Of a DNA stretch of 64,000 bases, positions 25,801 to 37,685 are shown piece by piece. The stretch's first letter is position 1. Each line of letters begins with the position of its first letter. Both the position numbers and the translations under genes were made by a program. The DNA is from Adineta vaga (lineage: Eukaryota; Animalia; Rotifera), in assembly GCA_021613535.1 (NCBI GenBank), contig CP075496.1, forward strand, positions 11,966,001-12,030,000, in the 5' to 3' direction. The notes beneath the pieces are model-generated. The model was given only the letters and a program-made list of their open reading frames with translations. It made no database searches and was not told the DNA's origin.

Positions 25801-28800
25801 ATGTAAAATTGAAACATCAACATATGATATTCGTTCAATTATTCATCAAATCTTATTAAAAGCTCGATTACCTTTGTGGTCATCATCTAGTAGTGGTACA
25901 CGTCATTCAAATCAAAAATTATTAGCACAATCAATTGAATATTTTGATTTACGTTGTCAATTAACTGAAAATTTAACGAAAGAACAACAAGAAATTCTTG
26001 ATATTAATGCAAAACAATTATTAACGAATGAATTCGAATGGTTATCAACATATACGGTATCATTATCATCGAATGAATTACGTTCGATTGATAATATTCT
26101 TTTCATGGGACATTTAAAATTCATTCGAACATTATTAACTTGTGAAAATATTGATAAAAATGAACTTGGACAGGAATTTATTCGATTACTTATTGATCAA
26201 TTCTTATTTCCAGCATCAAAACGAATGTCATTATCCATTGTACCATCGAATAATGAAAATGATTCAAATGATGATTATACATGTGAACCGAAATGTTCAA
26301 CAAACGAAAGTCGACAAGCAGCTTATGATGTACTTGTAGAATTAGTTCGTCATTGTCAAGAAAATTTAAAACTTGTTATTGATAATTTAATTAATCTTCA
26401 TCATCGACCTTTACTTGAAAAACAAACGGAATGGGAAGTAAGTTAGAATTCATTCAACTATTTATCAAAATAGATCAATTTGATTTTCTTCTAGTTTATG
26501 CCACAAGTTAGTCCTCGAGCTAATTGTGGATTAGTTGGTCTTCATAATGGTATGTACATACAAGTATAGTCATAAGATTAGTTTTATTTCGTTTTTTTTA
26601 TTCAGGTGGTGCAACTTGTTATATGAATTCTATACTTCAACAATTATATATGTTACCTCAAATATCTGAATATATCTTAAGTGTACATGATGATGGTGAA
26701 AATGGTAAAATTGATGGTGATTCAGGTCTATTCTATCAACTTCAACAAGTTTTTGGTCATTTATTGGAAAGTAAAATGCAGTATTATTCACCTGAATCAT
26801 TATGGAAAGTATTTCGTTTATGGGGTCAAGAAATAAATGTTCGTGAACAACAAGATGCTTTTGATTTTTTTACTGCAATGACTGATCAAATTGATGAATA
26901 TTTAAAAAGTATTAAACAAGAAGAAGTCTTCCATAAACAATTCGAAGGTATATTTTGTAATCAAATGATTTGTACAAATGGATGCAATCATCGATATGAA
27001 GGTGAAGAAAAATTTATGGCTTTAAATGTCGCTGTTAAAGTTGATTCACTTAATGAATCACTGAATCAATTTGTTAAAGGCGAAGTACTCGATGGAAATA
27101 ATGCGGTAAAGAGTTTTTTTTTCTTTTGGTAATTGTAACATATCGTATGTTTCTAGTATTTCTGTGAGAAATGTCAAGAAAAACGAAGAACAATTAAACG
27201 ATTATGTGTTAAAAAATTACCACCATTGTTATGTATACAAATGAAACGTTTTGGTTTCGATTGGGAAAATAATCGAGCTTTAAAATTTGATGATTATTTT
27301 AAATTTCCACTCGTACTGAATATGGAACCTTATACATTAGATGGTGTTAATAAACGTGAAAGTTTTATTGAACATGATAGTTTAATTACAGATACAAACA
27401 TGAATTCCAATACTCAATTATTTAATTCAGCAGCAACAACAACAACAACAAGTTCAGGTAAGAAAATAACCTTTGTTCATAGTTGTTTGATCTAAATAGA
27501 AATCTTCTCGTATTCTTTTAGTTGGTGATCATGTTTCATTATCTCGAACACCTTCATCATTAAATAATTCTTCGACATCAATGTCAACAATAAATTATGA
27601 ATTGATTGGTATTGTCATTCATTCTGGTCAAGCAAATGCTGGTCATTATTATTCATTTATCAAAGATACACGTGGTCGTTATTCAAATAATAGAAATCAA
27701 TGGTATCGTTTTAATGATACAAATGTTGAAGAAATTCAATTAACTGAACAGATGCTTGAAGAAGAATGTTTTGGTGGAACATTTCGTGCACAAAAAGATA
27801 ATCAAAATTATTCATCAGAAGAACGAATACGTTTTTGGAATGCCTATATACTTATCTATCAATGTATTGAACCATTAAAACTACTTCCACCACCATCATC
27901 ATCAAGTCTAACTCGTTTACCATCACGTCATCGTCGTACTTCACGTACAAATCAACGTGATTCATTATCTCAATTAGCTGATCTAGTTGTTCAAAGTGAA
28001 CATGATGATTTATTTCAAATCAAAAAATCTCTCATACCTTCACGTGTTCTTGCATGTGTCAAAGATGAAAATCTTGAATTTCTTAAAAATCGTGATACAT
28101 ATTGTGATGATTATTTTCGTTTCATCTACAATCTATCGGCAACATGTTTCGATGATATGAGTTCGATCAATACCATTGACTCTTTTGAATTGTGTACGAA
28201 ATTAGCATTAAATTTTCTGTTCAATACACATCTTCGTACACATCGTCGTTTACGTAAGGATACTCTTCAAGAATGGGTACAATTAATGGCACGTCTTTTT
28301 ACAAAGAATTCTTTATCATGTAAGATTTTTTATGATTTAATCTTTGAGAAAAAAGAAGATGGTTTAAAATTATATTTACTTGATTGTCCAATTTATGAAG
28401 TTCGACAAGTATTCGAACAAATATGTGAACATGTTCTTCAAGCAAGTTATTTACATAGTGATCAGCAAAAAAATATGGAATTATTTATCGAACAATTGGT
28501 TCACTTATTAGATAAATCAGTTGTTGAACAAATTAAACAATCACAAATCTATTTTCAATTGATTTATGGTTATGCTAATATGAATAGAATATCTATTGAA
28601 TCTTTATTAAAATTAAATACATTTACACGTTTAATGAATTTCTTACTAGGCGAAAGTATTGATAATAGACGATGGAGTTCTGGTCAAGCAAAAGAATTCG
28701 GAATTATCCATGAAATCATTGCAACACTAGCATTGATTTGCTTTGAATCCAATGGCAATCCTATTGAAGAACATGTCAATATTATGAATGATATGAAGAT

Positions 28801-29703
28801 TTATTTTACAGGACAATGGTCGAAGCGATATTTAAGAGAAATTTGTTATGCATTTCAAGAAATATCTACAGCACAATTAACACGAACACTGCAAATAATG
28901 GAAATATTAGCAAAAGATAATGAACAATTTTCAGAACAAATTATTCGAAATATTTTAATGTCTATTAGTCAAGCACATACTAATGATTTGAAATCTTTAT
29001 TCAAGTTATTTAGTCATATATTAGTAAGTTAATTTTGAGATAATAGATCTAGAAATTAGATGTCAACTATGAATAACAAGAAGGGTTTTCAGATTCATTC
29101 ATATTGTTTACATAGAATCAAACATGTATTTTTGTTGTTTTAGTTAATAGAAGATTCGCTTCAAACAATTCGTCTTCAATTAGCATTCGAAGGTATTAAT
29201 GAACCAGATGAAAATGATAATTCTCAAAGCATTAGTGGACTCTATTCACTAATTCAAACAAGTATCGAAACAGAACAACGTCGTGCTTATCAAACAGTTA
29301 AATTTCTCATCTCATTATCAAATAGGTATGTGATTTGTATATCATCATACGTATCTTTGAACTTTTGCTTTTGATTTTTAGAAATAGTATCTGTCGAGAT
29401 TACTTTTCTTCGACAGCTCCTCAATGGGAAACTGCTATAACTTGGCTAAAACAACAAATGCATACATCACATCAATGGTCACCAGCACAAAATATTTCTA
29501 ATGAAGATACTGATGGACGATCATTTCAACGTACACGAAGTGCACAATTTACTTTAGAACAAGCTCAATCAATCCTAAGAAAAACGACAACAAATATATC
29601 AACTGGAAATATTCATCATGATTTATCAGCAAATGAATCCCTGGAATCCAATGATAACAATAGTCAATCATCATCACAATCAACATTAGTCGGTATTGAC
29701 TAA
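19864..29703 (+). CDS. USP24: Ubiquitin carboxyl-terminal hydrolase 24 (USP9/24 family) with N-terminal UBA domain; multi-exon
   Basis: UBA (LISMGF...[10 protein letters not shown]), [15 protein letters not shown], Cys box [25 protein letters not shown], His box [25 protein letters not shown]-terminal [10 protein letters not shown]. Confidence 0.93.
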
Positions 29704-32629
29704 TTCATTCAAATTTCAATATGAAAAAACACTCTTCGATTTCTTGCCTGTGTGTGTGAATGCGTGCTAAAACTTATTTTTATATACATGTAACTGATAT
29801 GAATTATCTTGTGATTGTATCTTTTTCTTCTCATCGATTGAGAACAACCCATTTCGTTGATCCTTTTTTTCTACTAATACTTTTTTTTTGTCTACATTAC
29901 TTTTCATATTGAATATACCAGAATACTACAAACCCAGTGCATATCTGTAATGTGCATAATCTTAAATGATGTTCTGTGCATGCGATATATTTTTTGTTAT
30001 ATAAAAATAAATAATCAATCTATTTTATTTTGAATCAGAAAATATATCGGAAGAAAAGACTGCAGTTTGGTATTTCTTCCAACAAAAAGAATTTTCGCCA
30101 CATTTCTCCTTAGAATATATTTTTCGAGTGGAAATCGTTGTAAATACTCATTCAGTATTGTTCTGTCTTCTTCTGTTACAATTACAAAACAGGTAAGCAG
30201 TTTGTTTCACTTTTGAATGTCACTTTCTTAAATTTTCCATTTAATAACCAGAATGTTGCTTGAAATGTTCATGCAAATAAAGGCACAATTTTTCGATTGA
30301 TACATGTATCAATGGCTCAGTTACCAGCACAGTGTAGACAAAGTAGAGTGTGTAGGATATCTATGGAGAAAAAATTGATTTATGAAAAGATTCCTCAATT
30401 TCATAAACTGATCTAATGGTCATACATTCTATCTTTCCCAGTGTCAGTGGGAACAAATCAACTGTCCTTTCAAATGATTTATTTCTAATCCTTTCTGAGA
30501 AATATATTGTATCTATTCCATTACTATGGTCATTATTTTATTTCTATTTCTTTTATTGTCTTTCTTCTTTACAAATATATAAATGCGATTAAACACTCTA
30601 AAAATTTTGATGTTTTACCGAACGATTTTAAGATATTCACACCCATACTCGAGTAGCGAGTAGATATTTTTTAAAGAAGTAGCTGTGTTATAAAGAGGTG
30701 ACTATTGAACTTTCTCGAAACACTCGCCATCTTTCGAATTCTAACTGTCAGTTGCAACAGGAATAACTATCTTTAAATCAATCTTGTCAGTGAACTGATA
30801 AAAAGAATGTAGTTGAGTGATTTTCTAGATGATAAATTTATCGAAAGTATTACAGTTGATAGATGAATGATGATAAGAATGGCTATACCACAGATTGAAT
30901 GCAAATACAAAATATCTCAACAAACTGAATATACATTATTTAAGGTAAGTATTATTAGAATAAGATTGAATTGATATTTAAAGTTACATATCTATGTCAA
31001 TAATACCGGAAGTAAAATGCAAGTCAACAGTTTTTCTTTTCAAGTCGATACTAAAAATATCGTCAATCAATAACAATAATGAATCATTTGTATCTCTTCA
31101 ACCTCTTCTTCTCTTTCATATTTATTCAAGCCGATCAAATAAACAATGCCCTTGCAATCGTCAATAAACATTCACTCTTCACCATCTTCTCATTTATTTA
31201 ATAGAATAACAAAAGAAAAGATGATCGATGTTCTCCTTTACAGCCATGCAAAAAAACAAGTGTTCCATGATGAATCGATCGATAGTTAACAAACGTTTCT
31301 TCTTCATTCTTTGATACAACTGACGTAGCCATCAAAAGAAGAAAAAAAAGACCGGTCAAAGATAACAGATCAAGACGAATATGGTGTGTGCTCTGTATGA
31401 CTTCTTCCTTTTTTGTTTTCACGTACAAGGGAAGAAAAACAAAAACTGTCGAACTGTTTGTTGGCAAGAACGAGGACATGGAGACTATTCACAACTGAAA
31501 TCCATTGGGAAGGAAAAAACAGATCTACATGAATTGCATACTAATGAAAAGAAACAGAACATGATCTCCTCCTTTTATTAATTTGCGAGATTAAATCTAA
31601 AAAAATGCATCTCGTATTGTGAACTAATATTCAGAATACATTGTAGACAATCATGTCTATTCAGTGTTGAAATTATCATAGCAAATGAAACATCAAATTG
31701 TAATGCATTTATTCTTTCGTCAACATTTATTATTCATCAAACATCTCGAATTCTTTAATTTGACAAGTCAAGGTTGTTTTCTTTGCCAAAAATATTTCTC
31801 GCATATGTTGCTGATTAATCAATTCGATATATGCGAACATGTAGGAAGATTTTTACTAACAATGTTATGATATTTCGATGAGTAATCAAGAGATAGAAAA
31901 ACAATTGCGTATATATATATATATATATTCTACTATGATTGAATACTATGAAAGATCTAATTTGATTAGAAATATGTATATAAACGACTAGCATAAGAAA
32001 TTGAAAATCAATATGGTGAGGATTCATGTCAATTCATTTCTTTTTCTTTTAAATATTTGTGTAATCGTATGATTTAATCACATCTGGTTTTTTGTTCAAG
32101 TGTTTCTTACTTTCCGGTATATTGAATTAATCGAATGAACAAACGTACTGATCAAATTTCTTTATCATATATCCGATTCATTTCTTAAGATGAAAAGTTT
32201 TAACATGTGCTTTTCATCAAACGATGCAATTGACTATCTTACTACGTTGATCATTGGTATACATCTTGTCAGATTCGACATCATCATGTCAGTCATGAAA
32301 ACAAAACAGAAACCTGTTTCTTTTTTCTTTGACTCCCGGTGGGATGTAAAAAACGACAAGTCCGATATATTTGTCTTCTAGACATTATTCACTAGAAGAA
32401 TTTATTCGAATAACCGACCCCTCGACAATTCGTACATATTATTCTATATCCTCACAACAAAAGAAAAGAATTGGATAAATGTGTCTTTCTTCTCTTATTT
32501 ACAGACGACGTTCCAACGATTTTCTTTTGCTGGATATTTTAAACAAGCTCATACGCACTAGCTAAACTATCTCCGTATAGGCTGATTCACTTTTTTTCAG
32601 GCAATCATTCTCTAGCGCTTTCTTTCTTT

Positions 32630-32676
32630 CTCTTCGCTTCTCTTCTCTTCTCTTCTCTTCTCTTCTTTTCTTTTCT
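32630..32676. repeat. (CTCTT)n pyrimidine microsatellite upstream of the claudin-like gene
   Basis: Run of tctct/ctctt units ending close to a CAG acceptor at about 32688. Confidence 0.7.
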
Positions 32677-32803
32677 ATCTTCTTGCAGGGAGAAAATATA
32701 GAAGAATAGTGAAGTCATTCTTCATATATTTGCATCCGACGTCGGTCATTCTATTTCTGATTTACTGATTTACATTTACATACAATCAACTAACGAAATC
32801 ATC

Positions 32804-33445
32804 ATGACTGCACTTCGTGTTTTTCCATTCATTGGCGCTGTTATTGCTATTGGTGCACTTGTCTTATCCATTATTGGTGTTTCAACAACATATTGGTTTT
32901 CTGCTGCTACAATACATTCAGGTAAAGATAAACCAAAAGTGAAAGAAAATGTGCAATTTAAATGATTAGGTCTTTGGCAAACCTGTGGTATTACTGGTTG
33001 TGCACGACGAGATGGCGGTCAAGCAGCACCTATTGCTCTTGCAGTATGTATTAAATGACTTGTTAACATTTTATTCTCTATATTTTATATTTTAGGCAGT
33101 CATTGCTATTGGTGTTGCCGCTATTTTGGCCATTTTTAGTGGTTTAGCACGTAACAAATCTGATGCTGGAAATAACACAGCTCGTCTCTGTGGTGTTATC
33201 GCAGTCATTCTTCTCTTTTCAAGTGGTATTCTTATTGCTGCCTCACTTTATACATTTGTCAACGCAGTCAATGTTACTGGATATTCATTTACACTTATGA
33301 CTATTGCTCAATTCTTGAGCTTTCTTGCAGCTATGCTTGTCGCTCACTGGATGGTAATAAATTGAGATCATTTGAATCAGAATGCATACATTTTAATTTT
33401 ATTCTCATTTCTTTTTAGGGACATTCATTTACTGTCATCAGTTAG
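32804..33445 (+). CDS. PMP22/EMP/claudin-superfamily tetraspan membrane protein; 4 exons
   Basis: TM1 followed by W...HSGLWQTC...C (claudin W-GLW-C-C signature), three further hydrophobic helices, GYSF before TM4, ending GHSFTVIS*. Confidence 0.85.
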
Positions 33446-34431
33446 ATGATTCAACTAAAAGATGAAATAATTCAAGAAGAAACTATGTTACATATTGGAA
33501 AGCTAGAACATTAATAGCTTACTATCATTTCTTTTTCTTTTGTTTTATTCGTACTTTATCGAAAAAAAGTTGTTTTTGTTTGTTTCGGTAATTCCTTTTC
33601 TTTTTCTCTTTGCTATTACATCTAACTCAGCTAGAAAAATATATATTCTTGTCTCATTGTGTGTGTTTGACTATTGTGTGTGTGTATTGTTCTGTTTGTT
33701 ATATTATTGAAAATATAGAACATATACATCTATATACATATATTTATATTCATATGAAAAGAAGGGTTTGATAATATTGATTTCTGTAGAAAATGTATTT
33801 CCGATTCTGCTTTCTTTGACAAAGGAAGAATCTAAGGTCATCGGGTATGAATAAGTTCTGATCTATCGAATGTTAGCTATAGTAAACTGATTTCTAGATG
33901 ATTTGTTGCGATTGGTAAAGGACATATATATGCACTCAAAGACAATTCAATGCAAATTACATATTTATAGAAACGTTTGGTGCACTTAATTAGTATCATA
34001 AATTATGTTTAACATAGAATATCTAAGGACGAAAAGAACAATCAATTCAATCAACGGAAGTCAAATCATAATTAGTACTATTTCATTTCAAATGTATCTA
34101 ATACATATATTTTGATAATATTAAACAACACATGATATAGATTAACTTTCGAATATAGAAATGAATAATATCTCCCATATAGAGTTCATTGAGAAGAGCA
34201 CATGGGAATTGAACACAAACGTACTCTATTTAATTACGGAAAGTCATCGATTAACTTTCACGGATATTGACTATTTCTTTTTCTTTTTTTTTCTGTCTAA
34301 CAACAGTACGAATAAGTTATTCTCATGGGAAATATGAATCACTCATTTTTCTTTTCAACATCATTTGAATTCGATAGATATTTTGATAAAAAAAAAGTCA
34401 ATATATAATAACCTATTTAAAAGAAAAGTCT

Positions 34432-35562
34432 TTAGCACATAACCCAATCTTGATGATCTTTTGGTCGACAAGTTTTTGGACAAATTGAAGATGTTAAATC
34501 CGTATTTTCTTCAGTTGTATTAGTACAACATGTTCTGATGCATCCTAAGAAACAATGCACATTCATTCGTTGAGAAAGATATGGACGTCCACCAAATTGA
34601 CGACAAAAATAACTATCAAACGATAACGCTGACTGTTTTACTTTTTCCCATACAAAATGTCCCAGAAATGTTTGATCACCTGAACCATTATATCTCTTAG
34701 CTACGGATGGTATTAATACAGGAAGAAATGTATCAAACAGAAAGCGACGAGCACGTACAGTAGCTGCACCCCAAAGACCACCTAATATAGGTATTCCATG
34801 TTGTTTATGATCACGTAAAATATGAAAGATATATTTTTCAGATTCATCGGATAACCACAAATCTAACGTTTCCGTTTCACGTCGAATTATTGGCGAATCA
34901 AGATCACGTGAAAGACAGTAATCAACAAATGGATCAAATACTGGAAGAAAACGCCACATTTTTCCTGGCAAATATTTTAATATTGATTTACCAAACATAG
35001 GTAAATTCGTTACATTGCATACATCCACATTATCAAAACTAAGTATATAATCACGTTGAGCTTTCGTACTACCAGTAAAATCCGTATAAATCCGTATAAT
35101 CCATTCTGGAAGTAATTCATTTACTTCTTTAACTAATGGTTCTAAAAACGGAATGATACTTGTATTCCATGTAAACATTGGATTATCTGTATATTTTGAT
35201 GCGGTACCATAGACTGAAAGAGTAATGACTTTTTGATGTGGTCCACGTTTGTCCGATCGAATACTACATAAAGATCGATTCCATCGAACAAAATCTTCAT
35301 AAGTATAGAGAGGTTGACATGAAGAATCATTTGATGATTTTTCACATCGTTTATTATTATCATTATTAACTTTAGGTAATTTGTGCGGAAGAGATTTTCT
35401 TATTGGAAGCAAACGATTCACAGATAAAATGAACAATAAACACACAATTGTACAACAATTTACTAGGAAAAAATGTCGTCTTCCACATATACGACGACGA
35501 AGACGACCAATCATTTTTGTTGAGTTTCGTTTTACTATCAACCATTTCTTCAACATGATCAA
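34432..35562 (-). CDS. Intronless type II membrane protein, putative GT-A glycosyltransferase of an uncharacterised family (start may be a downstream Met)
   Basis: Basic N-terminus, single TM, stem, then VITLSVYG, WIIRIYTD, MWRFLPVFD...SRDLDS (DxD), FHILRDH..H..PILGGLWG, DQTFL and a Cys-rich tail. Confidence 0.65.
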   Translation of the reverse strand: MIMLKKWLIVKRNSTKMIGRLRRRICGRRHFFLVNCCTIVCLLFILSVNRLLPIRKSLPHKLPKVNNDNNKRCEKSSNDSSCQPLYTYEDFVRWNRSLCSIRSDKRGPHQKVITLSVYGTASKYTDNPMFTWNTSIIPFLEPLVKEVNELLPEWIIRIYTDFTGSTKAQRDYILSFDNVDVCNVTNLPMFGKSILKYLPGKMWRFLPVFDPFVDYCLSRDLDSPIIRRETETLDLWLSDESEKYIFHILRDHKQHGIPILGGLWGAATVRARRFLFDTFLPVLIPSVAKRYNGSGDQTFLGHFVWEKVKQSALSFDSYFCRQFGGRPYLSQRMNVHCFLGCIRTCCTNTTEENTDLTSSICPKTCRPKDHQDWVMC

Positions 35563-37685
35563 TAATATGCAGAAAAAGTATCTATTCGAGCGTGACTATG
35601 AAGAAAAAAAACGAAGAAGGTACTCTGCATCATAGATATAGTTATATTGTATTTTTCGTATTGAAAGAACAAACGACAATCAGATATGAATATTAGAAAG
35701 AGAAGAGAGAAACTAAATTGTCGAGGTTACATATTGTAAACTTCAAAACAAGTCTATTGATAAAGTGATATTCGCGACATTCATTTGTAAAGTAATTGCG
35801 TCAGTATGATGAGAACATTATCAAAGTAAGTTATGTGTTAATTTTTTTTTTGGTGTCATAAAATGTAAGCATCACACTTATTTTGTAAGATCCGATAAAT
35901 ACGTGCTTTTCATTAAACATAGTATTCAATTAATCAGTAATATAATATTAGATTCATGATTGACTACAAACTGTTACTCACACACATTGACTATATTCCC
36001 CCGATATGAACATCTGGAAAATGTCTAATTAAAAAACTATTATTCAATCTATCACAAATATGACTTTCATGTCTCTTTTTTTTTCTCTACATACCCATAT
36101 GCGTCCTTCTTATCTAATCTTAACCTTTCCTATATTCTCTATCATTTCATCCGTTCATATGAACATCAAAATCAATGTCCGTACAATTCAATATTGGCAA
36201 GTATATAGTAATGATGAATGATATCACTATTCAAAACAATGTCACAAATATAGATTTGATAACAGATGATATATTTAGTTTAAGATTATGAATGTCATCA
36301 TTTTTTATGAGAAAGTTTAAAATAGTGCATAAGAAAGAGAAATATATCATATCATCATTGAGATATACTGACAAAGTCTAAGTTATAACTACCCAGTTGT
36401 CGCTCGGAAAAACGATTCAAGAAATAATTGACATTGACAGTATTTAATAAAAGCTATTAACTTACATACATCCATGAATAGAATAGACAATAGTTTGACA
36501 ACCTATAAATATATTTATTTTTGCTATTAGAACATAGTAGTTAACTTTTCTAATAAACAGACTATTATAATATCATGGAAATCTCTAAATCATTAAGCAT
36601 CTCTCTTTGTAAAACTATTCCTTCTCAAAATAGCATACGAATTTACATGCGAATAATAAATTTATTCGATGAAAATTTAATATATCGATGTAAATATTGT
36701 AATTAACATTCTGTAAACCTATGCTAATAGATAATAATTCAGCTGATCAATAAACGATCGAATTATTACTAATAGAAACAGTCGGATATCATCTGTTTAT
36801 CATCATAACCTCGAGCACAAGGTTTCGAATGTCAAACAGATTCGCCTCTATTTTGTATTAGCCATAAGTATACAATAGGACAAGAGAATGTATTAATAAA
36901 TAGACAACAATTTGTAAGATGAGATTATTAGTTAGTTGCCTATTTCAATCAATATAGGAGAAAGATTTTTCATCACCTTTTTGTTATTCATCTTTTGACC
37001 ATGAATATAAACAAAAGATCGATGACAAGAAAAGAAAAACAAAATGGAAGATAAATCGATCGATTCAATTAGAATGTAGTTTAGTATCTGTAGAAACTAA
37101 TTGATTAAATGATTTGTTTGATAGCGGTATGTCTGTTTTGACATTTTACTTTACTGTCTCTTCTTTTGTTGTTTAAATAAATGAACACATGTCATATCTA
37201 ATCATAACTATTTATTATCTTCATTCATTCATTCCCGATAAGATTATTCAATCTTTTTGTCCCATATTTATACAATTAATTTTCTTCGACAAATTCTAAT
37301 ATCAATAGAAGTTCTAGAGATCACATCTCATTGATTTCTTTTTTTTTTTGTTAACTGAAAATTTGATTGTCGAAAGATGGCGCTCTCTATCAATGAATTC
37401 TTTTGTTGATGGATTCATCAACACATAATTATGGCGATCGAATCAACCAACCGGCGATATGTCAAAACGCGTCAACAACATTTACTATATATTTGTATTA
37501 CATTAGTTAGATTGTCTATATTGAATATTAATAGTTTGCATGATTTTTTCTTTCATGAGAAAAAAGTTTTCTTATTATGAATAATATGATAATATTTAGA
37601 TTTCTCAATGACAATGATTGATGGTATTCAACCATCTTTATCATCGTCGAATTATCGAAATCTATTTCTAAATATTCTTATCTAA

